A stretch of 64,000 bases of DNA from Camelus ferus (lineage: Eukaryota), in contig NC_045696.1 in NCBI RefSeq assembly GCF_009834535.1, forward strand, positions 85,934,001 through 85,998,000, written 5' to 3'. The translations under genes were made by a program, and so were the position numbers. Below the pieces are notes generated by a model, which was not told the origin of the DNA, did no database searches, and saw nothing but the letters and a program-made list of their open reading frames with translations. Positions 1-12,860 of this stretch are shown in pieces (position 1 is the first letter of the stretch; each line of letters begins with the position of its first letter).

Positions 1-1414
1 CTCTTCTTCACTATCAAGCTATGGATATCAGTGTTGAGCCAGTAAATATTACCAAGTAGATACTAATCTCCTAGAATTCTAAGGAGGTGCAGCCAGTTTC
101 AGATGTATCTTGATCCAAAGGCATCAATCTACATTTCTAGATTCTTCATGTTAATAATGTTTTCAAGAAACCAGTCTCCATGGTGACCAGCAAGACTACT
201 ATTGATAATTATATGCCTTTATTGCCTTTACAGCTCCTTTCCTAAAAAATAATAATTTGACAAGTTTCAAGAAACACTGATTGGTCAATTTTGTTTCAAG
301 TGTCCATCAATGACCCAATTATTATGAGTGAGGGTTTGAGTAATAATTAGCAAGACATAGACAACTGACTATATTTTGGTCAGGAATGGTAGTGTGGGAA
401 GGATTCTCAAGTGAAATGTGGATTAAGCATGTTTGTATACAGTCCTTTAATGAGGGCAAGGGATTATGGTAGCTCTCACCTTTACATATAGAAAGATACA
501 GAGAAAAAAATTTTGGAAACTGGTATTAATTGCATGAATATTATTTGCATATGTTTGTTGAGATTGGGTCTATAAGACACCAAAATATTCTTTCTTTCTT
601 TAGGATAATTTCACACAGTCTTATGCTATAATTTTTGATGTACCTGTACTATTTCCCCGTCACATCCCTGAGAATGAGATGATGATATATATCCATCTTT
701 TTGTCTTCCAAATCACCTGGCTACTTGTTTTTCACAAGGCAGAGCTCATTACTATACTTGTGAATAAGTAAAATGATAAATACTTAACTGAGTGACGTAA
801 CTGGATATTTCTGAATGATGGTGTTTCTAAAATTAAGAATCTAAATAAACAAGAATAAAAAATAGGGCTTAAAATTGTGTCAGGAAAATTGAGAAAGGAC
901 TATTTGGTTTTTGGCAAGATTTTGATTTGCTTAAGTGTTTTGCCTGGATTTTTTTCCTCCTTCTCTGCTCAATTTATCTTGCTGGAAGCCAAGCCCAGAG
1001 CAAAGCTGAGACAGAAAAAGGCTGTTGGTAAAATGACTCCAAGCAGATAAGTTAGAGGTTCTGAGCATCACTGCCTGTAGAAGACATTAGAAGATGAGGG
1101 CATTTGTGACACTGCCAAATAAGTGTTATAAATTCTTGACCTGGAAATGAAATGTGATATTAAAATGGCCTTTTTGCATCTAAAGAATTTCAAACTCTCC
1201 CTACCTTTCCCCAACTTAATCTAACATTAGAACCTGACAGAACAAAATGACTGTGATCTAGCAGAAAATGATGAGGCTCACAGCAAAGGAGACCATGTGG
1301 TTTAAGTGATTGAGGGACTAAAAAGGAATTAAAAGGCAGAAAAATGTCCTACACAGAAATTCCCCTGCCAGTCGTGATAGAGTAGGCCTTTTGAAGATGC
1401 CTCCAGAGATGACA

Positions 1415-1610
1415 CAACGTTTAAGAATGTTGGATCTGGAAACAGACTCCTTGGGTTCAAGTTCCAATTTCGATATTCATCATCTCTGGCACTTTGGACA
1501 ATTTAACTTGTTTTTCCTTCAATTTCTTTATCTGAAAATGGGCCTGCACTTCATTTGATTGCCAATATTTGTGATAAAAGATAAAATACTTTAAGAACAG
1601 TTCCTAGCAT
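1415..1610 (+). mobile_element. MIR SINE fragment
   Basis: Core-like text 'agactccttgggttcaagttcc...ttccttcaatttctttatctgaaaatggg'. Confidence 0.7.
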
Positions 1611-2439
1611 ATTCTGTTAGTCATAGAAGGCTAACTTCTGTAACAGCTGCAAAATTCCACCAAACAATATAAATCACTGCCCTTCCAGCCTCCAATAACA
1701 GTTTCTTTGCCACTCAATATGGAACCCTGAAGTCAAAGCCATCTGTATGTTTATTCTGAGTCACTTTCTATACTAATTAGCTCACATATATAATCTACTC
1801 ACAGTTTTTGTAATACCTAGACTTCCCCAGACTAGAAAAAAACAGTTCTCTACGTACTCCTGCCTAAATCTATAATTCTTCAGATGGCTTGCCTTCTTCT
1901 TTTCTTAGTCTTATTTTCCTGTAGAGTCAACGAACACTGGGTAGTTAATGACATCACTTAATATCATCTAAATCCCAAACCGTCATTCCCAAGGAGATTC
2001 ATATTCCAGTGGAGTCTATGTCAGTGACTCTTCTGGGAAGATTTAAATCTGTAAATACAGTAAAGAAAAATGAATACAGTTTAAGTAAGTGTCATGCACT
2101 TTGATCATGAAATCTTTAAGTTGTTAGAAATATTTTAATTTCAGTTTTTAATTTTTCATTTTGACTGGATGATTTTAAAACAAAATGTGACAGATTTTTA
2201 GTTTCAAAATCTCTTAATTTGTTTCTTAGCTAATTATTAGAATGAGACCGTGACAACCGTCTACTTTGTAAAATAATTTCATATTCAATGAGTTAATTGC
2301 ATCACGTATTAGACTGCAAATGTAAAAGTGTTTAGAAGCAAAGAATGTCCCACATTTTCTTCTTTTGGTGCCAGTAAAGAATGTCTACTTCATCTGTTTT
2401 CATCATGTCCACTGATAAAAAATATCAGTATTAGTTAAA

Positions 2440-2620
2440 ACTTAATTTTCACAACAATCCTAGAGTTCAGTATCATATTACAGTTCCAATTGGATAGATG
2501 AACAGACTGAGGCACAGAATGTTTCAGTACCTTGCACATACATAACAGTAAAAGAACTTTGGATTTTGACTGTAAATGCTTTGGTTGTGCTCTCAAACAT
2601 CCATTACATTGTACTGCCTC
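2440..2620 (-). mobile_element. MIR SINE fragment
   Basis: 'tttcacaacaatcctagag...atagatgaacagactgaggcacaga' is the reverse MIR core. Confidence 0.75.
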
Positions 2621-3774
2621 TTAAATATATTAATGAATACATATGATTTTATTATAGTAATGAAAAAGTTGGATGAATAATAATGCAAGCAAATGTTACA
2701 TATACTCCATAGATACTAAATTTCTTACCAAATATATAGCCCAACATCCCAGAGAACTGTTTAGTTCTCATTTGTACCTAGTAAATGTACATTACATAAA
2801 TGGATGAATTAGTGATTACAATCCAGGCAGCAAATATATTAAAAATTTTTAGCATTTTTATTTACTAGATAACAAACCTGATACTTAGAGAAAAAAAATT
2901 TTGTTGATGTTAAGCTTGTTTGTGTTAAAACAAATGAGACATTAAAAAAACAGAATTTAATCCCTGATGAATGAAGAAAAAAAAAGAAAAAAAACAATTT
3001 ATTCTGAATGAGAGATTAAAAATTAATTTGGAATTTCCACAGATTATAGCCTCAAAATAGCTATAAATTCTTTTTGGTCTTCTGAGAATGCAATACTTTA
3101 ACTAAATTTATTGTTTTGTTTGTTTTCTAAGTCTCATCCAGTTATCTGACTGATAACGACTTTTCTTTAGATTGAGACGTGTCAGTGGGTGGCAACAGTG
3201 AATGATAGATTGATATAATGAGGAACTAAAAGACTCTAAGAGACTCTGCTTTGCCTCGAATCATCCATCTATGATGCCACATTATTCAGAAATTAATGCA
3301 ATTCCATAAATGAATAATGATTTAAAAGTGCTCCTAATAATTGTTAATGCACAAGCATTTTCCTCTGCCACATAGTCAGAAAAATTGATGTGGATTTGGC
3401 TAGACTAATGTTCTTTTTTAAAGTTATTCAACATAGATATTGACAAAGAAACAAAAAAGCTATCTCTAATATATAATGCGTCATGTAAACTAAATGAGAA
3501 TACTCAAATTTTCCAAACCTGATGTCCTGAGATTGATAAAAACATTTTTAATATTAGGGTCTGTAGGGGGGTTGTCTCTGGAAAAGTCTTTGTTAAATAT
3601 GATGAAACTGATTATGTTAAACAAAATATATGATTCATACAATAAAGGATTTTAACAAGCACAAAATTAGTCCTTTCCATTATTCAATAAAAGACCAAAA
3701 GGAAAATGGAAAGTCAGATCTTAATTAAGTGCAGTTTTAGAGAAAAACATGGTGCAGCTGCTATGATTTTGGCA

Positions 3775-5230
3775 CTTATTTATTTGTCAAACATTTGTGC
3801 AATGCCTGTTTGTTGCCAGTCCATACAAAGTATTGATACAGAAATTTTTAAAAAGTTCTACCATTGAGGACCTTACTATCCATCAAAGAGTCTAAGAAAT
3901 TTAAAAGCATAGTACAATAGTACCATGGTAAAGGTATATGTAGGTTACCATAAGAGCAAAGAGGAGTTATAACTAGCCTTGGTTTTGAGGAAGAAGGGGT
4001 TATTAAACAATGGGTAACTTTGTGTGTACGTTTGTGGGTGTGTCCATCTGTCTAATCTTTTGGTTTATTTGGATACCTCCATCTTCACTCCCTGTGGTTC
4101 TTGTGAGATTGTTAATTGCTATATCCCTCTACCTCCTTTGAGTGAGCATGTGACCCAAGAGTGCCGAGAAGTATTTCTCAACTCCAGGGATATTGTGTTT
4201 GTATCTGGGATTGTCAGGTCTATCTAAGTCTTCTCTGATATTGGGATTGAGACACAAATATTTGGAAAGAAAGAACTGACATTACTAAACTGGAGTGGTA
4301 TGAATGTGGGTTTGTCAACAGTCATATTGTCCATATTCAGGAACTGAGTGAAACTGAACAGAAACCAGGAAGGACAAGAGGTCCAGAAGAACAGCTTTCT
4401 GATGACCTTTTTAAGCCCCTAAATTAATTCATGAATGAAACCAAGCAGAAAGATGAATGAAACTGTACCAAAAAAAAAAAAAAAAAAAAAGGGGAGAGAG
4501 ACAAGTTTCTTAAAATCTGAGCCTCTGGCTCCATCCTCAGTCTGTTTCTTAAAACTAGTTCATGTTTCTACTGGTAATTGAAAGTGCCCTGCTACTATAT
4601 GGATGGCATAAAAAAAATGGTACCTTCCTAGAGGTGGAGATATTTAAGATAAAAGTTGGAAGATGAATATGAGTGAACCATTTGATGGTTCAGTGGGCAT
4701 GGGTATGCTCCATAACTGAAAATAAATGAACAGTTTGTATAAATTATTAAACAAAAAGCAGTAAAGCATATTCAGGAAATGATGCATACTGAGATGTTCT
4801 AGAAAAAAGTAATAGGCAGATTCTAGTTCTTGAAAGAATTTTGATAATATGTTGCAAATTGGCATTTATGTTAAAATTATTGGAAAGATCTTAAAGGTTT
4901 AAGGAGGAGACCAAAATTATGAAAATTAGATTTTATAGTGATCTCATTGGAACATGCTAGTGTCAAATATTGGCGCTACTCAGAATTCTATTGGAATTCA
5001 CATGAGAAATAACAAAGGCTTAGATGAGAGTGTTTGCCAAGACATTTTAATGGGTAGAATCTACAGTATTTGGTGCCAGCATCGTGTGTGTTGTGAGGAG
5101 AAGAGCTTAACTTAACCTGATTACCATCTTTCTGACTTGGGTGATACAGTGGCCAATGGTGTCATTCACTGAGATAAGTACATCAAGAAGAAAGAAAATA
5201 TAAAGAATGAACAAGTTGTATTTTCCAAGT
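3775..5230 (-). mobile_element. L2 LINE fragment interrupted by an LTR at ~4022-4600
   Basis: Reverse L2 tail 'tttatttgtcaaacatttgtgcaatgcctg'; L2-like text resumes at 'ccttcctagaggtggagatatttaag' and 'ctgacttgggtgatacagtggccaatggtgtcattcactgagat'. Confidence 0.6.
4022..4600 (+). mobile_element. Old solo LTR (ERVL/MaLR class, MLT1J/K- or LTR33-like) with internal poly(A) at ~4470-4490
   Basis: TG start, 'gagcatgtgaccca', 'ttctgatgacctttttaagcccct', and 3' end 'tttctactggtaattgaaagtgccctgctactata'. Confidence 0.5.
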
Positions 5231-7189
5231 GACGTACCTCTCAGCTTAGCTGAAACTTGTGTTTCAATGATTCTTTTAGCCACCCACCAGAGCAGTCCAG
5301 GTGAAGTCCCCGTATAAATATACTTGGCATTTCTTACGCACCTACTCATCAGTTATCAGCTGCCTTCACCCACTTTTCCCTTTCCGTCAAATCTCCCCCT
5401 TTGGCCTCTTCCATCAAACATTCCATAAGTGTCAAGAGTGGTATCCATTTTGGGGTACAACAGTCCCACCAGACACAGATACTGTGGTTTCCTGGGTTAT
5501 ATAACTTTTTCTCTAGTCATCCCTTTGCCTCCTCTGGACTGCTGAATCTTTCTGTGTTTGCCAAGCAGCACTGAGCCCTGCTGCTGCTGCCAGTGTTCTG
5601 GACTATGGTGTCAATTGAAGCAGCACTTTTGTATAAAAGCCATGTTCTATTTGGTGCAGAAGTTAAAGGGAAGAGTTTTCTCCCTTAAGAACTTTTTTCA
5701 TCCACTTGAGCATCAAAGGAATGTTCTTACAGCACCGATGACTTACAGAGATTTAGTGAAAAGCTTTTTTCCATTTTGCTTATCTAGCTCTGCTCTCCTC
5801 AAATCTGGGCCTGGGCTGTGACACAGTTTTGAGTAACAGTCACCAAATTGCACCCTTGTAGCATGTCTGCTTGGATATCTCTGCCTTAAATACTAATGCT
5901 CACCTAGGACCCTCAATCAAATGGACTTATCTTGCCAATTTGCCAGAGATGCTCTCAACTTTCCAATTTTACTGTTAAATCCTAGGACTCCTGTGGGTAT
6001 GACTAACTTGTACAGGTTTACATGTTCCATAATGTTATATATACAAAGTACTTTTCCTCAAGGGGCCAGAATGAATTCCTGACAAATGAGTTAAAGACAG
6101 TCTTAGCACTACCATTAGATAATTGAATTCTTAGATCATTAAAAATAGCACAGTGGCTATTGTAGGTTTACACACTCTATAGACTTATAAATAGTACTTT
6201 TCCTAGAGGACTTCTGAATAAATTCCTGGTAAAGGAGTTTTGCTTTTTCTTCTGTAACAGTCGTGTTGCCTTAAAATATTTTAGAAGGAGAACTGTATAG
6301 ATATCTTCTCTAGAGGATTTTAGCTCCATGTTTAATCATCATATTCAACTACACAGTAAGAAGATTTTATTTGGAAAATTTCCGAGGATAATGGAAATAA
6401 GCCAGTCCTGTGTAGTCTGTTCAAGCTGATTTAATATTAAGTAACATACTAGGTTCAAGGTTCTCTTCAAAGCACTGGGGTTGCAGCAAGTGAGCAAGAA
6501 TGTAAAAGCCTGTCTTCATGAAGCATATATCCTAGTGGAGTTCATGTGGCACACTCACGTTCTCCAAACATACCCAACCGAGGGTTCAAGGAAAATTAGC
6601 TTGTGCTTCAATGATATAAAAAGTATTACATTTCAATTTGTGAAATGACCAATTCCTTCCTCTGCACTTTCAGCATGCAAGCGTAGTGTTTATTGACAGA
6701 GAAAGGCCCAATAGGTGTACATAAGGCTATATTACTTGTATCTCTGGTATCTAGTTACACAGTTCCCAAGGTAAACTCACTTGTAGGTCCCATAGCTTTA
6801 TGCCACTGGCACGCATAAAATTGGGTCCACTCTAATATTTTTTTAAATTAAAAATTCTCATCTAATTCAGAGATTTTCTTCTCCTACAATTGAGGCCTGT
6901 TTCCCTTCTTTCATTCGCTTCCCTCCACTCCCAGGCTGAGTAGGACTGCTTGAGTGTGGAGCAGGTAGCAGGGAGGCAGGCACAAGAGAAGAATCCTGTT
7001 TAACTGGAACAGTTGCCGTCTGTGTTCGGTGCCCTGTACATAGTGTATTCTAAAGATCTAAATGCTTGTTCTTTATTTCCTGAGGTGCTTTTGAGTGTTT
7101 TATTTTATACCTCCTCTAGTCCAGGAATCTTTCAACTATAGTTTCCTTGAAGTGATTGACCTCTTCTTCTGGCACAAACAAAATATGAA

Positions 7190-7700
7190 CTGGACATTGT
7201 CACATTTCTGCCTCATACACTTTAGTGGCTTCCAGTTACTCTTAGAATAAAACGAAAATTCCTCACCGCTGCCTCTAACATCAGGGTCCTCTGCCTCAGC
7301 ACCCTCCAGCTAAATGGCAACCCCCTTGCTCACCCTGCTTTTGGGGTGTGGACGGGTGATGCTCACTTCCACCCTAGGTCTGTCTTCTGCTGTGGTTCCC
7401 TCTTCCTGCTCTCTCTCTCCAACTGTGTATCTTTTCCATCATTCAATTCTCACTTTAAATATTAACAAGTTAGATAAGCCTTTTATGAAAACAAAATCTT
7501 AAATTGGCCTAACGCCATTTCAGTACATTAATTTGCAAATGCATATTCATAATTAATTTGTTTTACTTATTGTCAATCTCATTTCACCACATGCTAAGCT
7601 TCAACATGTCATGAGATTTATGTTTGTTTGTTGATTAGCACTTACTTGTTATTTGGAATGTATCACTGATATTTAGGAGGAATATTTAGTTGTGAGTAGT
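7190..7700 (+). mobile_element. L2 LINE 3' fragment
   Basis: 'tttagtggcttccagttactcttagaataaaa' plus a degraded L2 tail. Confidence 0.55.
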
Positions 7701-8528
7701 AGAAATATTTCCGTATGTAAGTGAAAACTTAGAGAGATGAAATATTTACCTGCAGTTAACAATTCATATGTTGCCTAGTAATGCATGTATTCTTTGAAAA
7801 TGGAGTTTAAAATATAGTTGTAATTTGGATATGCCACAATTACTCTGAACCATATACCAAAGTAAGAGCCTATCATGTTATTTTTCTAGTTTCTCATGAT
7901 TCTAAAGTAATCCTGTACCAGCAAAAATATGCTTTAAAATTGCTAAAATTTAGTTAATTTAGTTATGTTTAAGTTCAGTTCTAGCATTTTATGGAAGAGA
8001 ATGTTTCTGCTTGCTATAACTTCATAAATCAGCATTCCAAAGTTAAAAAATATAAGGCATGTGAAATAAATTAGATAACGATAACTTTTCTTTTAACATG
8101 TTATATATCTCTTTATAAACATCTGTATACTTTGCAAATATTAAAAAGTCCTTTTTTTCAAAATACCTGCCATTAAAATTTTTTAAAGAAAATTATTATC
8201 CAATTGGAACAGAAGCGCATCAATATAGGAGAATTGACATAGAGACATTTGAAATAGGACAAAATAAAAATGAAAACAAATAGAAATTGTCCTGATTTAG
8301 AATGTAATCAAGACTAATTTTTGCTATCAATTTAATATACTAATATTTGATGTATGATATATTTTATTGATGTATTATTAATTTAATTTAACTATGGTTT
8401 ATTGAGATAATTTATTAAAATAATTAATTCATAACTGCACTACTCCTTACCTTATCTGGATAACTAGAGCCACTTGCTTTCATTCTTACCTCTATCAAGT
8501 ATCTTCCTACATAATTAAAACCTTCTTT

Positions 8529-8580
8529 ATATATACATATACATGTATATATATATACACACACACAAATACACATACAT
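8529..8580. repeat. Compound (TA)n/(CA)n microsatellite
   Basis: Read directly from the sequence. Confidence 0.85.
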
Positions 8581-9184
8581 AAAAGGATTTACTGCTCTCC
8601 CAAAATAAAGAGGAAATAATAAGAGGAAGGGCTGTTCCTTTAAAACGAGGAATTCGGTGAAATGAAATGTATAAGCGTCTTAGAAGAAATGTAGGGATAA
8701 GACAAACAAGGTGGAGATGACTTGGCAGAAACAAACATGTTCATTAGTTAGGATTTAAAGAAAAACTTTTTTAAATTATAAAATAAAAAGTTCCTGATGT
8801 TTTAAAAGGGACAATTGGGAAGACAGCTTGGTGTAACAAGATAAGTAGCTTTTGAATCATCACGTATGGTCAGGATGAAGAGGATTTAAAAAACCCTCAG
8901 TCAATGTGGAAAGCAGGGTACACTGATGAACTCAGATGTGAGAAAGAAAGCTCTGAATTGAGGCACATAGCCAATGCTCAACCTAAATAAAAATGGCAAA
9001 CTTGTATGAGGATAGTGTCTAGAAGACTAATAATGTTCAGAATTAACTGATGCTTGCAAAAATTTACAAGGAGAGAAATAACTTACATTTAGCTTAGATT
9101 TCTGAATATCCAAGTGAAGATATGCATGTCAGATAAAAATAGGCTCTTTCTATATTCAAAAACTATTTTTTATTGCTAAATTGC

Positions 9185-9624
9185 TGTGATGGTTAATTTT
9201 ATTTGTCGACCTGGCAGGCTATGGAATGTCAGATTAAACGTTATTTCTGAGTGTATCTGTGAGAGCATTTTCAGATAGATCAGGATTTGAATTGGTGGAC
9301 TCAGTACAGCTGATGACCCTTCTCATTATAGGTGAACATCATCTAGTTCGTAGAGGGCCTAAATAAAACAAAAAATGGAGGAAGGAGGAATTTGGGAAGG
9401 AGAAATTTTCTCCTTTTTTCCTGCCTCACTGCTTGTGTGGAGCTATCTCATATCTTCTCAGGCCCTCAGATAGGGATTTACACCATCAACTACTCTGTTT
9501 CTCAGGCTTTCAGACTCAGACTGAATGACACCACCAACTTTCTTGAGTCTCCAGCTGGCAAATGGCAAATCATGAAACTTTTTCAACCTCCACAATCATG
9601 TGAGCCTGTTCCTCATAATAAACT
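9185..9624 (+). mobile_element. MLT2 (ERVL) LTR, 3'-truncated
   Basis: Starts 'tgtgatggttaattttat', contains 'tcaggctttcagactcagactgaatgacaccacc', stops at 'ttcctcataataaact'. Confidence 0.9.
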
Positions 9625-10415
9625 AAGACATTGAAGGGATATGTCATGATGATTTAATATACATGTATATTGTGAAAGTACTCTCCCATCAAGTTAATTA
9701 ACACTGGATCACTTATTTATTTATTTAGGTGAGAATATTTAAGTTCCACTCTCAGCAAATTTCAATTATGCAATAATTTGTTACCAGCTACAGTCACCCA
9801 TGCTATACATTATTATCCTCAGAACTTACTCATCTTTTAGCTAAAAGTTTGTACCCTTTTATCAGCCTCTCCCTATTTCCCTCACCCTCCAGTCCCTGCA
9901 ATCACTTCTATTCTCTATTTCTGTGAGTTTTTTGTGTATGTTTTTAGATTTCACATCTAAGTGATACCATGCAATATTTTTCTTCCTCTGCTTTATTTCA
10001 CTTAGCATAATGCCCTCCAGCTTCATCTATTTATGCAAATAAAAGATATCATTCTTTTTTTAAGGCTGAATAATATTCCAGTGTGTGTGTATAGCATCTA
10101 TATCTATTTTATTGGGTTTCCATATCTTGGATATTGTGAATAATACTGCAGTGAAGATGGGAGTGCAGATACCTCTTCAATATAATGATTTTGTTTCCTT
10201 TGGGTATATACCAAGAAGAGAATTGCTGGATTGTATGGTCATTCTATTTTTAGTTTTTTGAGTAATCTCCATGTTGTCTCCTATAGTGGCCTGAACCAAT
10301 CTACATTCTCACCAACCAGTATATAACGGTTTGCTTTTCTTCATATCCTTATCAGTATTTATCTCTTGTCTTTTTGAAAATAGTCTTGCTAATAGGTACA
10401 AGGTGATATCACATT
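9625..10415 (-). mobile_element. L1 3' UTR and ORF2 end (L1MA-like), lacking its tail
   Basis: 'ttatttcacttagcataatgccctccagcttcatc', 'attgctggattgtatgg'; same type as the element at 15720. Confidence 0.9.
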
Positions 10416-10449
10416 TAAATAAATAAATAAGCCAGTGAATATGGTAAGA

Positions 10450-11030
10450 CTTTGTATTTCTTTGTGATTCAGTCTTTGTAGGTTATACATTTCTGGAAAT
10501 TTATCTGTCCCTTATAGGTTATCCAATTTGTTGGCATGTAATTGTTCACAGTAGTTTCTCATGATCCTTTGTATTTGTTTATCACATGTTGTAATTTCTC
10601 CTCTTTCATTTATTCAAGTCCTCTCTCTCTCTCTCTTTTTTTTTTTTTTTGTTGCTTAACCTAGCTAAAGTTTTAACTATGTTGTTTATTTTTTCAAAAA
10701 AGTAGCTCTTAGTTTCACTGAGTTTTTTAATTGTGTTTTTAGTCTTTATTTCATTTATGGCCACTTTGTTCTTTATTTCCTTCCTTCTGCTAATTTTAGG
10801 ATCGGTTTGCTCATTTTTCCTAGTTCCTTGAGATGTATAGTTAAATGTTTATTTGAGGTTTTTCATTTTTTTAACATAGGCATTTATTGCTATAAACTTT
10901 TCACTTAGAAATACTTTTGCTGTATCCCATAAGTTTTAGTATATTGTGTATACTTTTCCATTTGTCTCAAGATATTTTTTGATTCTTCTTTTGATTTTTT
11001 TCTGTAATCCATTGTTTATTCAGTGTGTTC
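10450..11030 (-). mobile_element. L1 ORF2 5'-region fragment
   Basis: 'aggttatccaatttgttggcatgtaattgttcacagtag', 'ttttgctgtatcccataagtttt'. Confidence 0.9.
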
Positions 11031-11634
11031 TCATGCCTTGGATTGCTGACTGAGGGACTGGTTTCTTGTTATGTGTACTCACATAAATACTATTGCACAT
11101 AAAGGCAGTGGAGACCCAGATCTGAATCAGTGCAGTACACAGAAAGTTTCCTGGAGTTCTGTCTAGATTTTCTTGTCTTTGTCTATGGTAATTAATAAAA
11201 CTGTTTCCCACTTCCTTTAATCAAAAGGGACTCCTATCTGTGCTATGGGTCTCTCCATTCCCTTCGAGCTATACATTGTCTCCTTACCAAAAGCTTCTGT
11301 TGGAATTTACATCCCATCATTTGGCCGTGGTGGACAGCCAAGAAAAAAACGGCCATGTCAGTGATTGCATCTCCCTTACTTTCCTCCTGTTTTTTACAGA
11401 ACAGGATGGATAGTTGTTTTCTCCATTTACTTTGATAATTTTTCTTGCTTTAAATTCTGATAATGTGATGAATGCAGTTTTACAACTCACTATATATGTC
11501 TTAATCAAAAATGTTCAAATTGGGTTTGGCATATGATCGCCTATATCCTGTCCCACAAGATGACTTCATGAAGGTAAGACCATTGCCCAGATTGCTATAA
11601 GCAACCCTGTGTTCATCTGAAAGTTTCCCTACAA

Positions 11635-11801
11635 CAGTGTTCTCAAAGTGCCACCCCTGGAATAGCAGCATCAACATTAGTGCAAATACAGAGCCCTAAC
11701 CTAGACGTACTGGAGCAGAATGTTGGGGATGGGACCAAGCACTCTGAGCTCTAACAAGCCCTGCAGGTGATTCCAGTGCAAGCCAAATTTGAGACCATCT
11801 G
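11635..11801. mobile_element. MER5A (hAT-Charlie) MITE
   Basis: TIRs CAGTGTTCTCAAA ... TTTGAGACCATCTG; internal 'taacaagccctgcaggtgattcc'. Confidence 0.85.
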
Positions 11802-11934
11802 TGTTCGAATATCAGAGACAATTCTAATACAAACAGCATACAATTCATAACAAAAATCAACAGTGTTAATTTTAAATTTATTATAGTGAGTAGGAAATGT
11901 CAGCAATTCCTGGAGCCTAAGGGAAAGAAGAACC

Positions 11935-12860
11935 ATGACTCATTCAGTTACATGAAGTTATTAGGCGTCTGTGATGTTTAAGTCACTGGGGCTATGTGCT
12001 AACTATACAGATGTGACAAAACTGCACACTGCAGGATTACAGTATAAAATCAGTGGAGAAAAGCAGTACTAAATACAAATACTATACAAGAAAATATAAT
12101 TCCATCTTTTATTAATTTTATGTAAATAAGTACAGGTTGCTAAGAAAGAGTTTTAAAGGAATTTGTAATTTAGGCTAAGGAAACAAAGAGAAGCTTTGTG
12201 AAGAATTTATAATTTCCCAAATGACCTGAAAAATGAACCAGAACTTCCAGGCAGTGATGGTAGTAGGATGGTGGAGGAGGGGAGAATCTCAGACAAAAGG
12301 CTCAGAAAAACATGAGTCAAGGCCCTGAGTTGGGAGAGATGTTAATCTGTTCAGAGAATCCAGACATAGTGGATGTTGTGAGGCACTGTCAAGATTCCCC
12401 TTTCAGGATGGAAGCACAGGCCTGGGCACATTGCCTGCATTTGGGCAGCTGAAAGGCCATTCAAGCTACAGAGCTCCCTGTGAGACCAGCTTAGGCTTTG
12501 GTTTAATTGCATCCTTTTTCAACTACTTTTGCTTAAACTACTTCTTCCTTCACTTCCTTTCAGCTCCGGTAGAACTCCACACTAAACCTCCTGAGCACAT
12601 GTCTCTTTCTCAGAGTCTGTTTCTAGGGAACCTGACCCCAAATAGGAAGAAGGTCATTGAAACTGGAGAGTGGTTAGAAAAGGGGAGAGCGGTGTGAGAT
12701 GGGCATGGACAGTTAAGCATAAGACAGATGCAAGCTCATGTTATAGATACTGCATTTTGTTCTAAGTGCAGTAGTAGGCCCATTTAAAGGATTTTTTTGC
12801 AGAGAGATTACCAAATATGATTTAAGATGATCACCCTGGTCACTGTATGAACATAGGAAG
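11935..12860 (-). mobile_element. L2 fragment interrupted by an LTR16-like element
   Basis: Reverse tail 'actcattcagtttacatgaagttattagg', then 'caaggccctgagttggga' and 'tttaagatgatcaccctgg'. Confidence 0.65.
12375..12644 (+). mobile_element. LTR16-like (ERVL) solo LTR, internally deleted
   Basis: 3' end 'ctcagagtctgtttctagggaacctgaccccaaata'; internal 'cagctgaaaggcc'. Confidence 0.7.

Noticed and set aside
8445..8520. Minus-strand micro-exon with two GTAAG donors
   Set aside because: Poor polypyrimidine tract and no supporting partner exon.
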